NCBI GenBank assembly: GCA_021788195.1
Contig: JAJYKY010000002.1
Location: forward strand, 1 to 45,421
DNA: 45,421 nucleotides
DNA from: a bacterium
GTDB taxonomy: Bacteria > Patescibacteriota > Microgenomatia > JAMCZE01
Direction of reading: 5' to 3'
The stretch's first letter is position 1. Every line of letters starts with the position of its first letter. Shown here piece after piece: positions 17,151 to 25,587 of the stretch. The position numbers and the translations under genes were made by a program. The notes below the pieces were generated by a model. It saw only the letters and a program-made list of their open reading frames with translations. It ran no database searches and was not told the DNA's origin.

Positions 17151-17834
17151 ATGCCCGGGTTTGGAAAGATTGCCGTTGCCCTTTTTCTTTTCCTTGTCTT
17201 CTTGAATCTTCTTGTTCTGGACTTCTTTGTTTTTAAAACCCGGAACGAGGTGGACAATTTGGACGCGAAACTGGGCAACCTGTCTTTGGATGTCCGGATG
17301 CTGGCCGATAAGGTGAACACGGCTCCTCTCTTACCGGCGCTTCCGGTGCCAACAACGTCCTTAGCGACTCCGTCCGTCGGGCTGACCCCGGCTGACCTTA
17401 ACCGGATTGCCGCCTTGGCTAGCCAGATGACGACCAACGCTCAGAACAATCAACCCGCCGCTCCTGCCCCGGCGGTCACCCGGGAATTCGTGATTCCCTT
17501 AGGTTCCGGGTCAACCTCCCAGACGAGCCAGTGGGTGGATATTGATACCGCCCAGGCGCAAATTAACAGCGCCAATTACTCCAATATCAAGGCGGCTTAT
17601 TTTGAAGTGGTCATGCATATTGCCGGAGCAACGGGAGAAGTAAAAGCCCGGCTTTTGGAAACGACAGTTCCTTTTTACTACGGCGAGGAATTAAAAACCC
17701 AGTCAACGACCGGGGAATTTTTATCGACTCCGATGATTCTTCAAGCGGGTAACCGGACCTACAAAGTTCGGCTTTATGTCCAAACCGGAACTGCTGTTTT
17801 GGATTCAGCCAGGATAAGAATAGTAACTCAGTAA
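17151..17834 (+). CDS. Hypothetical membrane-anchored exported protein
   Basis: N-terminal TM helix, Pro/Thr/Ala linker, beta-rich C-terminal domain. Confidence 0.75.
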   Translation: MPGFGKIAVALFLFLVFLNLLVLDFFVFKTRNEVDNLDAKLGNLSLDVRMLADKVNTAPLLPALPVPTTSLATPSVGLTPADLNRIAALASQMTTNAQNNQPAAPAPAVTREFVIPLGSGSTSQTSQWVDIDTAQAQINSANYSNIKAAYFEVVMHIAGATGEVKARLLETTVPFYYGEELKTQSTTGEFLSTPMILQAGNRTYKVRLYVQTGTAVLDSARIRIVTQ

Positions 17835-17838
17835 ATTG

Positions 17839-18639
17839 ATGGTAAATGTCCGTAAAGCCACCGGCGAGCTGGAACCGTTTGACGAAAATAAACTGCGCTC
17901 TTCTGTTGGCCGGGCGGGGATTTCCAAAGAACTGCAGGATCAGGTGATCAGCCATATTAAAGCCAATCTCTACCCGGATGTTCCCAGCGCCGAAATTTAC
18001 CGCCAGATTCTGGATTATCTGGGCCGGTCCCGTTACCCGCATACCCGAAGCCGCTACACTTTAAAACAGGCGATTATTGAGTTGGGGCCGAGCGGCTACC
18101 CGTTTGAAAAATATGTCGCGGCCCTTTTACGCCATCAGGGATACGAAACAGAAACCGGGGTGGTGATGGCCGGTAAATGCGTGACTCACGAAATTGACGT
18201 GGTCGCCAAAAAAGACGGCCGGACAATTTTGGTCGAATGCAAATTTCATAACCAGTCGGGGATTCGCTCGGACGTTAAGATTCCGCTTTATGTTCAGGCC
18301 CGGTTTGAAGATCTGGGAAAAAGTTTTTCCGAAGTCTGGCTGGTGACCAACACCAAATGCACTTCCGACGCGATAAAATACGCCGAGTGCGCCGGGATGA
18401 AAATTGTCGCCTGGGGGTATCCGGAACGAGGCAATTTGCAAGACTGGATCGAGGACGCAAAATTATATCCGGTCACCAGTCTGTTTTCCTTAACGCCGGC
18501 GCAACGGACTTTGCTTTTGGAAAGAAATTTTGTTTTGTGCCAGGATTTGATTTCCAATATGGAAGCTTTAAAAATTCTTCACCTTAACAATCAGGAAGAG
18601 TCTGCCCTGAAAGATGAGGTAACCACGTTATGCCGATAA
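17839..18639 (+). CDS. ATP-cone domain fused to a PD-(D/E)XK (Mrr-like) restriction endonuclease domain
   Basis: VRKATGELEPFDENKL (ATP cone); PFEKYVA, HEIDVVA, ILVECKFH, LVTN. Confidence 0.85.
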   Translation: MVNVRKATGELEPFDENKLRSSVGRAGISKELQDQVISHIKANLYPDVPSAEIYRQILDYLGRSRYPHTRSRYTLKQAIIELGPSGYPFEKYVAALLRHQGYETETGVVMAGKCVTHEIDVVAKKDGRTILVECKFHNQSGIRSDVKIPLYVQARFEDLGKSFSEVWLVTNTKCTSDAIKYAECAGMKIVAWGYPERGNLQDWIEDAKLYPVTSLFSLTPAQRTLLLERNFVLCQDLISNMEALKILHLNNQEESALKDEVTTLCR

Positions 18640-19352
18640 TTTTTGCCGCTTTAACTTTTTTCTCGACGCTTTTAGGGGGTTTAGTGGCCCTGCGGTACAA
18701 AGACAAACTGCATCTGATTTTGGGCTTTACGGCCGGAGTATTGCTCTCCGTCGTGGCGTTTGATATTTTTCCGGAAATAATTATCTTGGTGGGCCGGGAA
18801 AAGTTTGACCCGGTTTTCCCGATGCTTTTCTTGGTCGGCGGGTTTTTAGTGTTTCATATTTTGGAAAAGGGGATTTTAATTCACCACTCCCATGAAGAAG
18901 AATACGTCGCCCATAAACACCCGACCGTCGGTTTGCTTTCGGCCCTGTCGCTTTCGGCCCATTCGTTTCTGGACGGTTTGGGAATCGGTTTAAGTTTTCA
19001 GGTTTCGCCGGTTTTGGGAACCTTGGTGGCCGTCGCCGTTGTTTCTCATGATTTTTCCGACGGATTAAACACGGTTACTTTAATGCTTCTGCACAAAAAT
19101 ACTTTGCGGCGGTCGGTGTGTTTATTACTGCTGGACGCTCTGGCCCCGATTTTAGGGGTTCTTGCGGCCTACGGTTTTTCCCTGTCGCCGATTTTAATTT
19201 TGGCCTACCTTGGCTTTTTCGCCGGATTTTTACTGTACATCGGGGCGGCGGATATTTTGCCCGAAGCTCATAGCCAGCACTCTTCCTGGAAAACGGTTTT
19301 GGCCACCGTCCTCGGGACGGTTTTTATTTTCCTCGTCAGCCGGATGATGTAA
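18630..19352 (+). CDS. ZIP family divalent metal transporter
   Basis: His-rich loop HHSHEEE, HSFLDG, HDFSDG, DILPEAH. Confidence 0.9.
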   Translation: MPIIFAALTFFSTLLGGLVALRYKDKLHLILGFTAGVLLSVVAFDIFPEIIILVGREKFDPVFPMLFLVGGFLVFHILEKGILIHHSHEEEYVAHKHPTVGLLSALSLSAHSFLDGLGIGLSFQVSPVLGTLVAVAVVSHDFSDGLNTVTLMLLHKNTLRRSVCLLLLDALAPILGVLAAYGFSLSPILILAYLGFFAGFLLYIGAADILPEAHSQHSSWKTVLATVLGTVFIFLVSRMM

Positions 19353-19370
19353 TTCTGTTAAAATAGCGCT

Positions 19371-19643
19371 GTGGCGGAAAGATTAATTCACGGCCGGCCT
19401 TATTCTTTTTGGCGCGAGCTGGGGATGGATCCCGGGAGCCGCTGGTTTGGCACACCAAAAGACCGGACTAAAAACTGTGCGGCTTGCGAATTGAAAATAA
19501 CAGTGGACGGGCGGGAGTGGTGCGCTTTCGGAGCCGGAAAAACTTTGGAAACCCGGACCGGGGCTAAAAGATGTGTCCTTCTTGACAAACAAACCGGCAA
19601 ACCCTCTATCTTCTGGCCCAACTGGGTCTGGAAGGAAGAATAA
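19371..19643 (+). CDS. Small Cys-containing hypothetical protein
   Basis: CAAC...C...C; TAAAAT 6 nt upstream of GTG. Confidence 0.6.
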   Translation: MAERLIHGRPYSFWRELGMDPGSRWFGTPKDRTKNCAACELKITVDGREWCAFGAGKTLETRTGAKRCVLLDKQTGKPSIFWPNWVWKEE

Positions 19644-19742
19644 ACTCCAAACTTGCCCTGCTGAATTTTCCGCGGTAGTCTGAAAGAAATGGGAAAAGAA
19701 GAGGAGAAAGAGACGGAGAGAGAATGGCAAAGATGTCCCCAC

Positions 19743-20272
19743 TTATTTCTTTCTGATCCCTTTCCAGAAGTAGATAATTCCTAACACCAGGAAGGCGATT
19801 AAAGCTGTCCAAGTGATTGCTCCTAAAATTCCCCAGCCGCCCATCATCGATCCGTAGGCACCGTAACCAAAACCCATCATTGGCCAAACACCTCCGATCA
19901 TCGGGGAAAAACCATTACCGTTTTGCGAAATTGCGGCGTTGGGGTTGCAGCCGCTGAATCGTTCGCCCATGGCAATATGCATCTGCTTCTCACCGTTTTT
20001 CCCAAACCGCTGGATCATCGCCTGATCCATAATCTCATGCGCCGATCCCGTCATCTGGCCCATAAAGTAGTCTCCTAATTTATCGAAGTCGTCCGTCGTC
20101 AATTTATCGCAGGTTACCTGTTTATTTTGCAACTGCTGCCAGATTTGCTGTCCGGCTTGCTCATCCTGGTTATTATCAAAAAAACCTTCCATCACCCCGC
20201 CCATATTAAACGCCAATACCGGCCGGGTAATAGTGAAGACAATCAAAAAAAGAGGGAGGCGAGCAGTTTCAT
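19743..20272 (-). CDS. Exported Met/Gly-rich protein with C-terminal TM helix; signal peptide frameshifted as given
   Basis: TATAAT 7 nt before ATG 20272; one extra base in A7 20245-20251 gives MKLLASLFFLIVFTITRPVLA in frame with ORF 19743..20246. Confidence 0.7.
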
Positions 20273-20331
20273 TGCCGGTATTATAACCCTCCGGAGATTA
20301 AAAAAAACATTAAGATCTGGGGCAATTTTTG

Positions 20332-22536
20332 TTACTTCATCCCCGCGCTAAAGCGGGCAAATTGGATAAAAAGAAGAGTGAAGGCCAGAACCATAATAAG
20401 CGGGGCAAAATCCGAGAGGTAATTTTTCTTCCCCGGCTGGTAGCGGCGAAGCAGGAGAGAATTGCCAACCACCGACACCGAACTTAAGGCCATGGCCAAT
20501 CCCGCCAACTCCGGCTTTAAAATTAATCCGGCAAACATAAAAACCCGGGCAGCAATCGGAATGCCAATTGTGTTGTAAAAAAGTGCGAAAAACATATTCT
20601 GTTTGATTTTGCTCAGAGTGGACTTAGACAGGTCAAAAGCGTTGGCCACATCCCGCAGGTCATTTCTAATAATCACAATTCCGCCGGTTTCCATCGCCAC
20701 ATCCGTTCCGCTACCCATGGCAATGCCTAAATCCGCCTGAGCCAGGGCCGGGGCGTCGTTAATCCCGTCGCCGACCATCGCCACGAACGAATTTTTAATT
20801 TTCAATTTTAAATTTTTAATGGCCTCGGCCTTGCCTTCGGGTAAAACATTAGCCATGACATTGGTGATACCAACCTGGGACGCAATAGCCTGCGCGGTGC
20901 GTTCGTTGTCGCCGGTAATCATCCAGGTCTGAATGCCCATTTTTTGGAGTTTTTCGATCGCCTCCGGGGAAGTGTCTTTAACCGTATCGGCTACGGCGAT
21001 TAAGCCCAGAGTCTTTTTGCCGGAGAGAAGAGCCATTACGGTTTTTCCCTGGACCTGCAGTTTTTCTACCTCGGCCGTTTTATCCGGCTTGCCGAAAAAA
21101 TATTTGGTTTCGCCGATGGTCCCTTCGACACCCCGGCCGGGGAGGGCGTGGAAATATTTGACAGGCTGCAGGGTCAGACCCTGACTTTGGGCGTGCTTGT
21201 AAATGGCTTCGGCCAACGGGTGTTCGGATAATTTTTCCAAACTGGCGGCAATCTGTAAAACTTCGTTTCCGCCGAAAACCTCGGTTACGACCGGTTTGCC
21301 ATTGGTAATGGTGCCGGTTTTGTCGAAAACGATGGTGTTAATTTTTCCGGCAATTTCCAGAGGTTCTCCGCCCTTAACTAAAATCCCGTGTTGGGCACCC
21401 ATGCCGGTGCCGACCATAATGGCTGTCGGGGTGGCTAAACCCAAAGCACAGGGGCAAGCGATAACAATCACCGCCGTAAAGGCCATCAGGGCAAAAGACA
21501 AAGGCTGTCCTAAGAAAAAGAACCAGGCAATAAAAGTGATCACGGCCGCGGTGATAACTGCCGGGACAAAGACCGCGGAAATCCGGTCGGCAAAAGCCTG
21601 GATCGGGGCTTTGGACCCCTGGGCTTCCTCCACTAATTTGATGATTTGGGACAACATGGTTTGGGAGCCGACTTTCGTCGCTTTGAAATCAAAACTGCCG
21701 GTTTTATTCATAGTCGCGCCGATAACGGTATCGCCGGCGTGTTTCTCGACGGGTAAACTTTCGCCGGTGACCATCGACTCGTCAATGCCGGAAGAGCCTT
21801 TGGTGATAACCCCGTCCACGGGAATCTTTTCTCCGGGGCGGACAAGAATAATGTCGCCGACGGCAACCTCTTCGATGGGAATATCGACGGTTTCTTTGCC
21901 CCTAATGACTCGGGCGGTTTTGGCCTGCAGGCCCACGAGTTTCTTAATCGCGTCCGAGGTCCGGCCCTTAGCCTTGGCTTCCAAATATTTTCCCAGAATA
22001 ACGAATGTAATTAAGAAGGCGGAAGTTTCAAAATAAAGATCTCCATGGCCCAGAGTTAAATTAATCAGACTGTAAAAGTAGGCGACAGAAGTGCCAATAG
22101 CTACCAGGCTGTCCATATTAAAAGTCTTCATCCGTAATGCTGACCAGGCGCTTTGGTAAAAAGATGCGCCAATGATAAATTGAATCGGCGTGGCCAAAAC
22201 CAGGGAAAAATATTCAGAATATGGCAGCCTCCAAAACATAAAAACCAGAAGCGGCAAGGACAAAATAAAGGAAGCCGAAAACCTTTTTTCTAAAAGAGAT
22301 ATTTCTTCTTCGTGACGGTGGTAGTTCTCTTCGGTTGAAGCCCTGTACCCGGCTTTTTCAACAGCGGCGATTAAATCGGAAGTTTTTACTACCTGCGGGT
22401 CAAAAGTGACTAATGCTTTCTCGGAGGCAAAGTTGACGTTGACTTTTTTGACACCAGGAGTTTTGGACAGAGATTTTTCGATCAGCAAAGCGCAGGAGGA
22501 ACAGTGCATGCCGGAAAGGGCAAGCTTGGTTTCCAT
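20332..22536 (-). CDS. copA: Cu(I)-exporting P1B-type ATPase
   Basis: GMHCSSC, TGES, CPC, DKTGT, SEHP, GDGIND, YN and MALSS motifs. Confidence 0.96.
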   Translation of the reverse strand: METKLALSGMHCSSCALLIEKSLSKTPGVKKVNVNFASEKALVTFDPQVVKTSDLIAAVEKAGYRASTEENYHRHEEEISLLEKRFSASFILSLPLLVFMFWRLPYSEYFSLVLATPIQFIIGASFYQSAWSALRMKTFNMDSLVAIGTSVAYFYSLINLTLGHGDLYFETSAFLITFVILGKYLEAKAKGRTSDAIKKLVGLQAKTARVIRGKETVDIPIEEVAVGDIILVRPGEKIPVDGVITKGSSGIDESMVTGESLPVEKHAGDTVIGATMNKTGSFDFKATKVGSQTMLSQIIKLVEEAQGSKAPIQAFADRISAVFVPAVITAAVITFIAWFFFLGQPLSFALMAFTAVIVIACPCALGLATPTAIMVGTGMGAQHGILVKGGEPLEIAGKINTIVFDKTGTITNGKPVVTEVFGGNEVLQIAASLEKLSEHPLAEAIYKHAQSQGLTLQPVKYFHALPGRGVEGTIGETKYFFGKPDKTAEVEKLQVQGKTVMALLSGKKTLGLIAVADTVKDTSPEAIEKLQKMGIQTWMITGDNERTAQAIASQVGITNVMANVLPEGKAEAIKNLKLKIKNSFVAMVGDGINDAPALAQADLGIAMGSGTDVAMETGGIVIIRNDLRDVANAFDLSKSTLSKIKQNMFFALFYNTIGIPIAARVFMFAGLILKPELAGLAMALSSVSVVGNSLLLRRYQPGKKNYLSDFAPLIMVLAFTLLFIQFARFSAGMK

Positions 22537-22815
22537 TTATTTTTTTGCAATAACTTTCATAACTTCATCTATGACTTCCCGGTCCCGGCCTTTTTTAATC
22601 GCGTCAGCGACGCAGGTTTCCAGGTGGTTTTTTAGGATTGTTTGATCTGCTTGCTTTAAAGCTGCCTGGACCGAAAGAGATTGGTGAATAACATCAATGC
22701 AATAAGCGTCCCTTTCGAGCATGGTGATAATCTTATCCAGTTGCCCCCGGGCAATTTTTAAACGGTGCACGATTCGGTGTTGAACGGATTTATCACGCGG
22801 GATTCCTTTCGGCAT
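22537..22815 (-). CDS. csoR: CsoR/RcnR metal-sensing repressor
   Basis: RLKIARGQL, YCIDV, NHLETCV; directly upstream of copA. Confidence 0.92.
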   Translation of the reverse strand: MPKGIPRDKSVQHRIVHRLKIARGQLDKIITMLERDAYCIDVIHQSLSVQAALKQADQTILKNHLETCVADAIKKGRDREVIDEVMKVIAKK

Positions 22816-22819
22816 ATTT

Positions 22820-22840
22820 TATACCCCATGGGGGGATATA
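22820..22840. promoter_or_regulatory. CsoR-type operator
   Basis: TATACCCCATGGGGGGATATA: C and G tracts flanked by AT inverted repeats, the known CsoR operator architecture. Confidence 0.8.
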
Positions 22841-22907
22841 ACAAATTTATAACAATCTCTGTAGACTTGTCAAGACTCGTTTCGGGATGTTAGGATTGAC
22901 CACAACG

Positions 22908-23930
22908 ATGCCGAATTTTTGGCTTATCTTTACGACAGGGCTTTTAACCGGCGGATTGACGTGTCTTGCCGTTCAAGGGGGACTACTGGCTACTTTAATC
23001 GGCCAGAAATCGGCGGCTTCTCAAAGTAAAAACCAAAATGCGACACCGATATTTTTGTTTTTGGCCGCAAAACTTTTTGCCTATACAATATTAGGGTTTT
23101 TTCTCGGCTGGCTGGGCTCCTTTTTCCAGTTTTCTTTGGCCTTCAGGGCAGTTTTGACTGCGGCGGTAGCCGTATTTATGCTGGGGACCGCTTTAGCCCT
23201 GCTCGATGTTCACCCGATTTTCCGCTACTTTATTATCCAGCCGCCGAAATTTTTAACCCGGATAGTCCGTGACCAATCAAAATCAAAGAGCATTTTTGGC
23301 CCGGTAATTTTGGGAGCGATGACCATTTTTGTGCCCTGCGGAACCACCCAGGCGATGATGGCCTTAGCTATGGGCACAGGCAGCGCCGCGCTGGGAGCCG
23401 TTATTATGTTTGCCTTCATTTTAGGAACCACGCCGTTGTTTTTTATTCTGGGGTATGGGGCCAGCCGGTTAGGCACTGTTTTTCAAAAGCCGTTCCGGAC
23501 AGTAACGGCAGCGGTCATTGTCCTGATTTCCGTTTACAGTCTTAACAGCGCTCTGATTATGTCCGGGAGCAGTTGGTCGTTAGACGGGTTAGCCGGTGAA
23601 GCTTATTGCGCCATCTCTTTTTGCCACCAGGCAACGGTAGCCGGGGCTCAAACCGAAGCTCCGAACAACGAAGTGACAGTGAACATTACCGCTTCGGGCT
23701 ATTCTACCGACCACGAGGCGATTGCGGCAGGAAAATTGGTTACCATGCATCTGATCAACACCGACGGCCGCGGTTGCCAGCAGTCTTTTATGATTCCGAA
23801 ACTCGGGATTTCCCGGATTGTCCGGCCGGGCCAGTCGGCTACGATCCAGTTTACTGCTCCGGATCAACCCGGCGAGTTAACTTTTAACTGTAGTATGGGG
23901 ATGTTTCGCGGCAGTTTGAGAGTGATATGA
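22908..23930 (+). CDS. TauE/SafE (DsbD_2-like) membrane protein with C-terminal cupredoxin domain
   Basis: GGLTCLAVQGG, FVPCG, FNCSMGMFRG; start ATG 22908 preferred over 22887. Confidence 0.85.
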   Translation: MPNFWLIFTTGLLTGGLTCLAVQGGLLATLIGQKSAASQSKNQNATPIFLFLAAKLFAYTILGFFLGWLGSFFQFSLAFRAVLTAAVAVFMLGTALALLDVHPIFRYFIIQPPKFLTRIVRDQSKSKSIFGPVILGAMTIFVPCGTTQAMMALAMGTGSAALGAVIMFAFILGTTPLFFILGYGASRLGTVFQKPFRTVTAAVIVLISVYSLNSALIMSGSSWSLDGLAGEAYCAISFCHQATVAGAQTEAPNNEVTVNITASGYSTDHEAIAAGKLVTMHLINTDGRGCQQSFMIPKLGISRIVRPGQSATIQFTAPDQPGELTFNCSMGMFRGSLRVI

Positions 23931-24130
23931 CCAAAAAAACTTTTAAAATCAAAGGCATGCACTGTTCCTCCTGCGCCATGCTGATCGAAGGCGATTTGGA
24001 GGATAAAGGAGTTAAAGCTAACTGCAGTTACGCCAAACAAAATCTGGATGTCGAGTTTGACCCGAAAAAAATTTCCGAAGAAGAAATTAGAAAAACCGTT
24101 AAAGACTCCGGTTACGAAGTGACTGAGTAA
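23927..24130 (+). CDS. copZ: HMA-domain copper chaperone
   Basis: IKGMHCSSC, 67 aa, ATGA overlap with the previous gene. Confidence 0.88.
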   Translation: MTKKTFKIKGMHCSSCAMLIEGDLEDKGVKANCSYAKQNLDVEFDPKKISEEEIRKTVKDSGYEVTE

Positions 24131-25532
24131 AAATTTTCCGGTCCACTTTTTTTATTTTGATCTTCCGATTTTTGGCCGAAAGAAACCGATAGAGAATCTT
24201 GTAGGTGTCCAGATCAAACCGCCCAGTCCCTTTGACAAAATCAGGGCCGTCATCGGGGTTATTTATGGTGCCGAGGTAGCACCATTGGTCAACTAAATGC
24301 CATTCTTTTTTATCACTGTCCCGGTCGTGTTCTTCAATTAGAATGGCGCTGTCAAACGGCCAGCGATGGAGTTTATTGGCAGCGAAAGCCAGGGCAAACC
24401 GGGCATTGTAGGCGGCCGGTTTTTCTTTTTTCAAACAGGCGCCACGGCATTTTTCCAATTGATAGCCAAAGCAGGAACCGGCGGATTTTTCCAGTCCTAA
24501 AAGTTTTTTGCAGAGATTATTTTTTTCGGCAATCTCGGAAAGGGAGTTTTTGGCTTGCTTTCGGGATTTGTAAACCCCTAAAATTTCTTCGGCTTTCAGG
24601 TTGTCAATAGAACTGACTTCTTCCATGACAGGCGCTTCGTACCCGTCGCCGGTTTGGTTTTGTCTTAAAACAACCAGCCTTCGGGCCTCTCTTAAAACCC
24701 GGTTGTAAAGCGGTTGCAGGACTTTTACCGTTTTGGCTTCTAAAAGAAGCGCGCCCAATTCGCCGCAGGTGGTGACTGTTTCGATGCTTTCCACCTGCTG
24801 GGCAATTTTCATTTCTTTGGAAGAAGCGTGATCTCCGGAAAAATGGGACAAAATTCGGTCGCGAAGGCAAACGCTTTTGCCGACATAAAGCGGGACGCCC
24901 CTTTCGCCGTAAAAAATATATACGCCGGGACATTCGGGGAGATTGTCCAGAATTTTCGGCGGAACTTTAATCGGGGCGGAGGGGTTTTTTAAAAGATGAT
25001 TGACGGCCTTTTCGACAGTTTCGGCCGGGAATTGTTTTCGGACCAGGCAGTAAAAATCGAAGATAGCTTTGGTGTCGTCCATGGCCCGGTGGCGCTGCGG
25101 GCATTTGAGATGATGCCGGGAAATTAAACTGTCAAGATTGTGCCGTTTGTAGCGGGGAAAAAGTTTGCGCGAGAGCTTGACGGTGCATAAATTTTTGGCG
25201 GAAAAAGTAATTTCTTCCTGTCGGAACTGGTTTTTGATAAAGCCGTAATCGAACCGGACATTGTGAGCGGCAAAAACACAGCCGTCAAGAATTTTTAACA
25301 AATCCTGTTTTATCTCTCTAAATGTCGGTGCGTTTTCTAGATCGGCAGCGTTGATACCGGTCAGTCTGGTGATCTCCGGCGGAAGATAACTTTCGGGATT
25401 AATAAGGGTCCGGAATTTTTGGACAATTTTGTTGTTTTCGGTCCGGATCACGGCAATTTCGATAATCCGGTCGCGGGTTAGGGAAGTCCCCGTAGTCTCA
25501 ATATCGACGAAAGCAATTTTTACAGGCAGCAT
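24099..25532 (-). CDS. DEDDh 3'-5' exonuclease (DnaQ-like) fused to GIY-YIG/UvrC(Cho)-like domain
   Basis: VDIETTG, AHNVRFD, HRAMDD; PGVYIFY...LYVGKS..LRDRI; Cys cluster. Confidence 0.9.
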   Translation of the reverse strand: MLPVKIAFVDIETTGTSLTRDRIIEIAVIRTENNKIVQKFRTLINPESYLPPEITRLTGINAADLENAPTFREIKQDLLKILDGCVFAAHNVRFDYGFIKNQFRQEEITFSAKNLCTVKLSRKLFPRYKRHNLDSLISRHHLKCPQRHRAMDDTKAIFDFYCLVRKQFPAETVEKAVNHLLKNPSAPIKVPPKILDNLPECPGVYIFYGERGVPLYVGKSVCLRDRILSHFSGDHASSKEMKIAQQVESIETVTTCGELGALLLEAKTVKVLQPLYNRVLREARRLVVLRQNQTGDGYEAPVMEEVSSIDNLKAEEILGVYKSRKQAKNSLSEIAEKNNLCKKLLGLEKSAGSCFGYQLEKCRGACLKKEKPAAYNARFALAFAANKLHRWPFDSAILIEEHDRDSDKKEWHLVDQWCYLGTINNPDDGPDFVKGTGRFDLDTYKILYRFLSAKNRKIKIKKVDRKIFTQSLRNRSL

Positions 25533-25587
25533 GGTGAAACGAGCGAATTATACAATATACAGTTTGTGTTAGGATAAATTAAATATT

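Noticed and set aside
21203..22036. 277 aa plus-strand ORF
   Set aside because: Antisense shadow of copA
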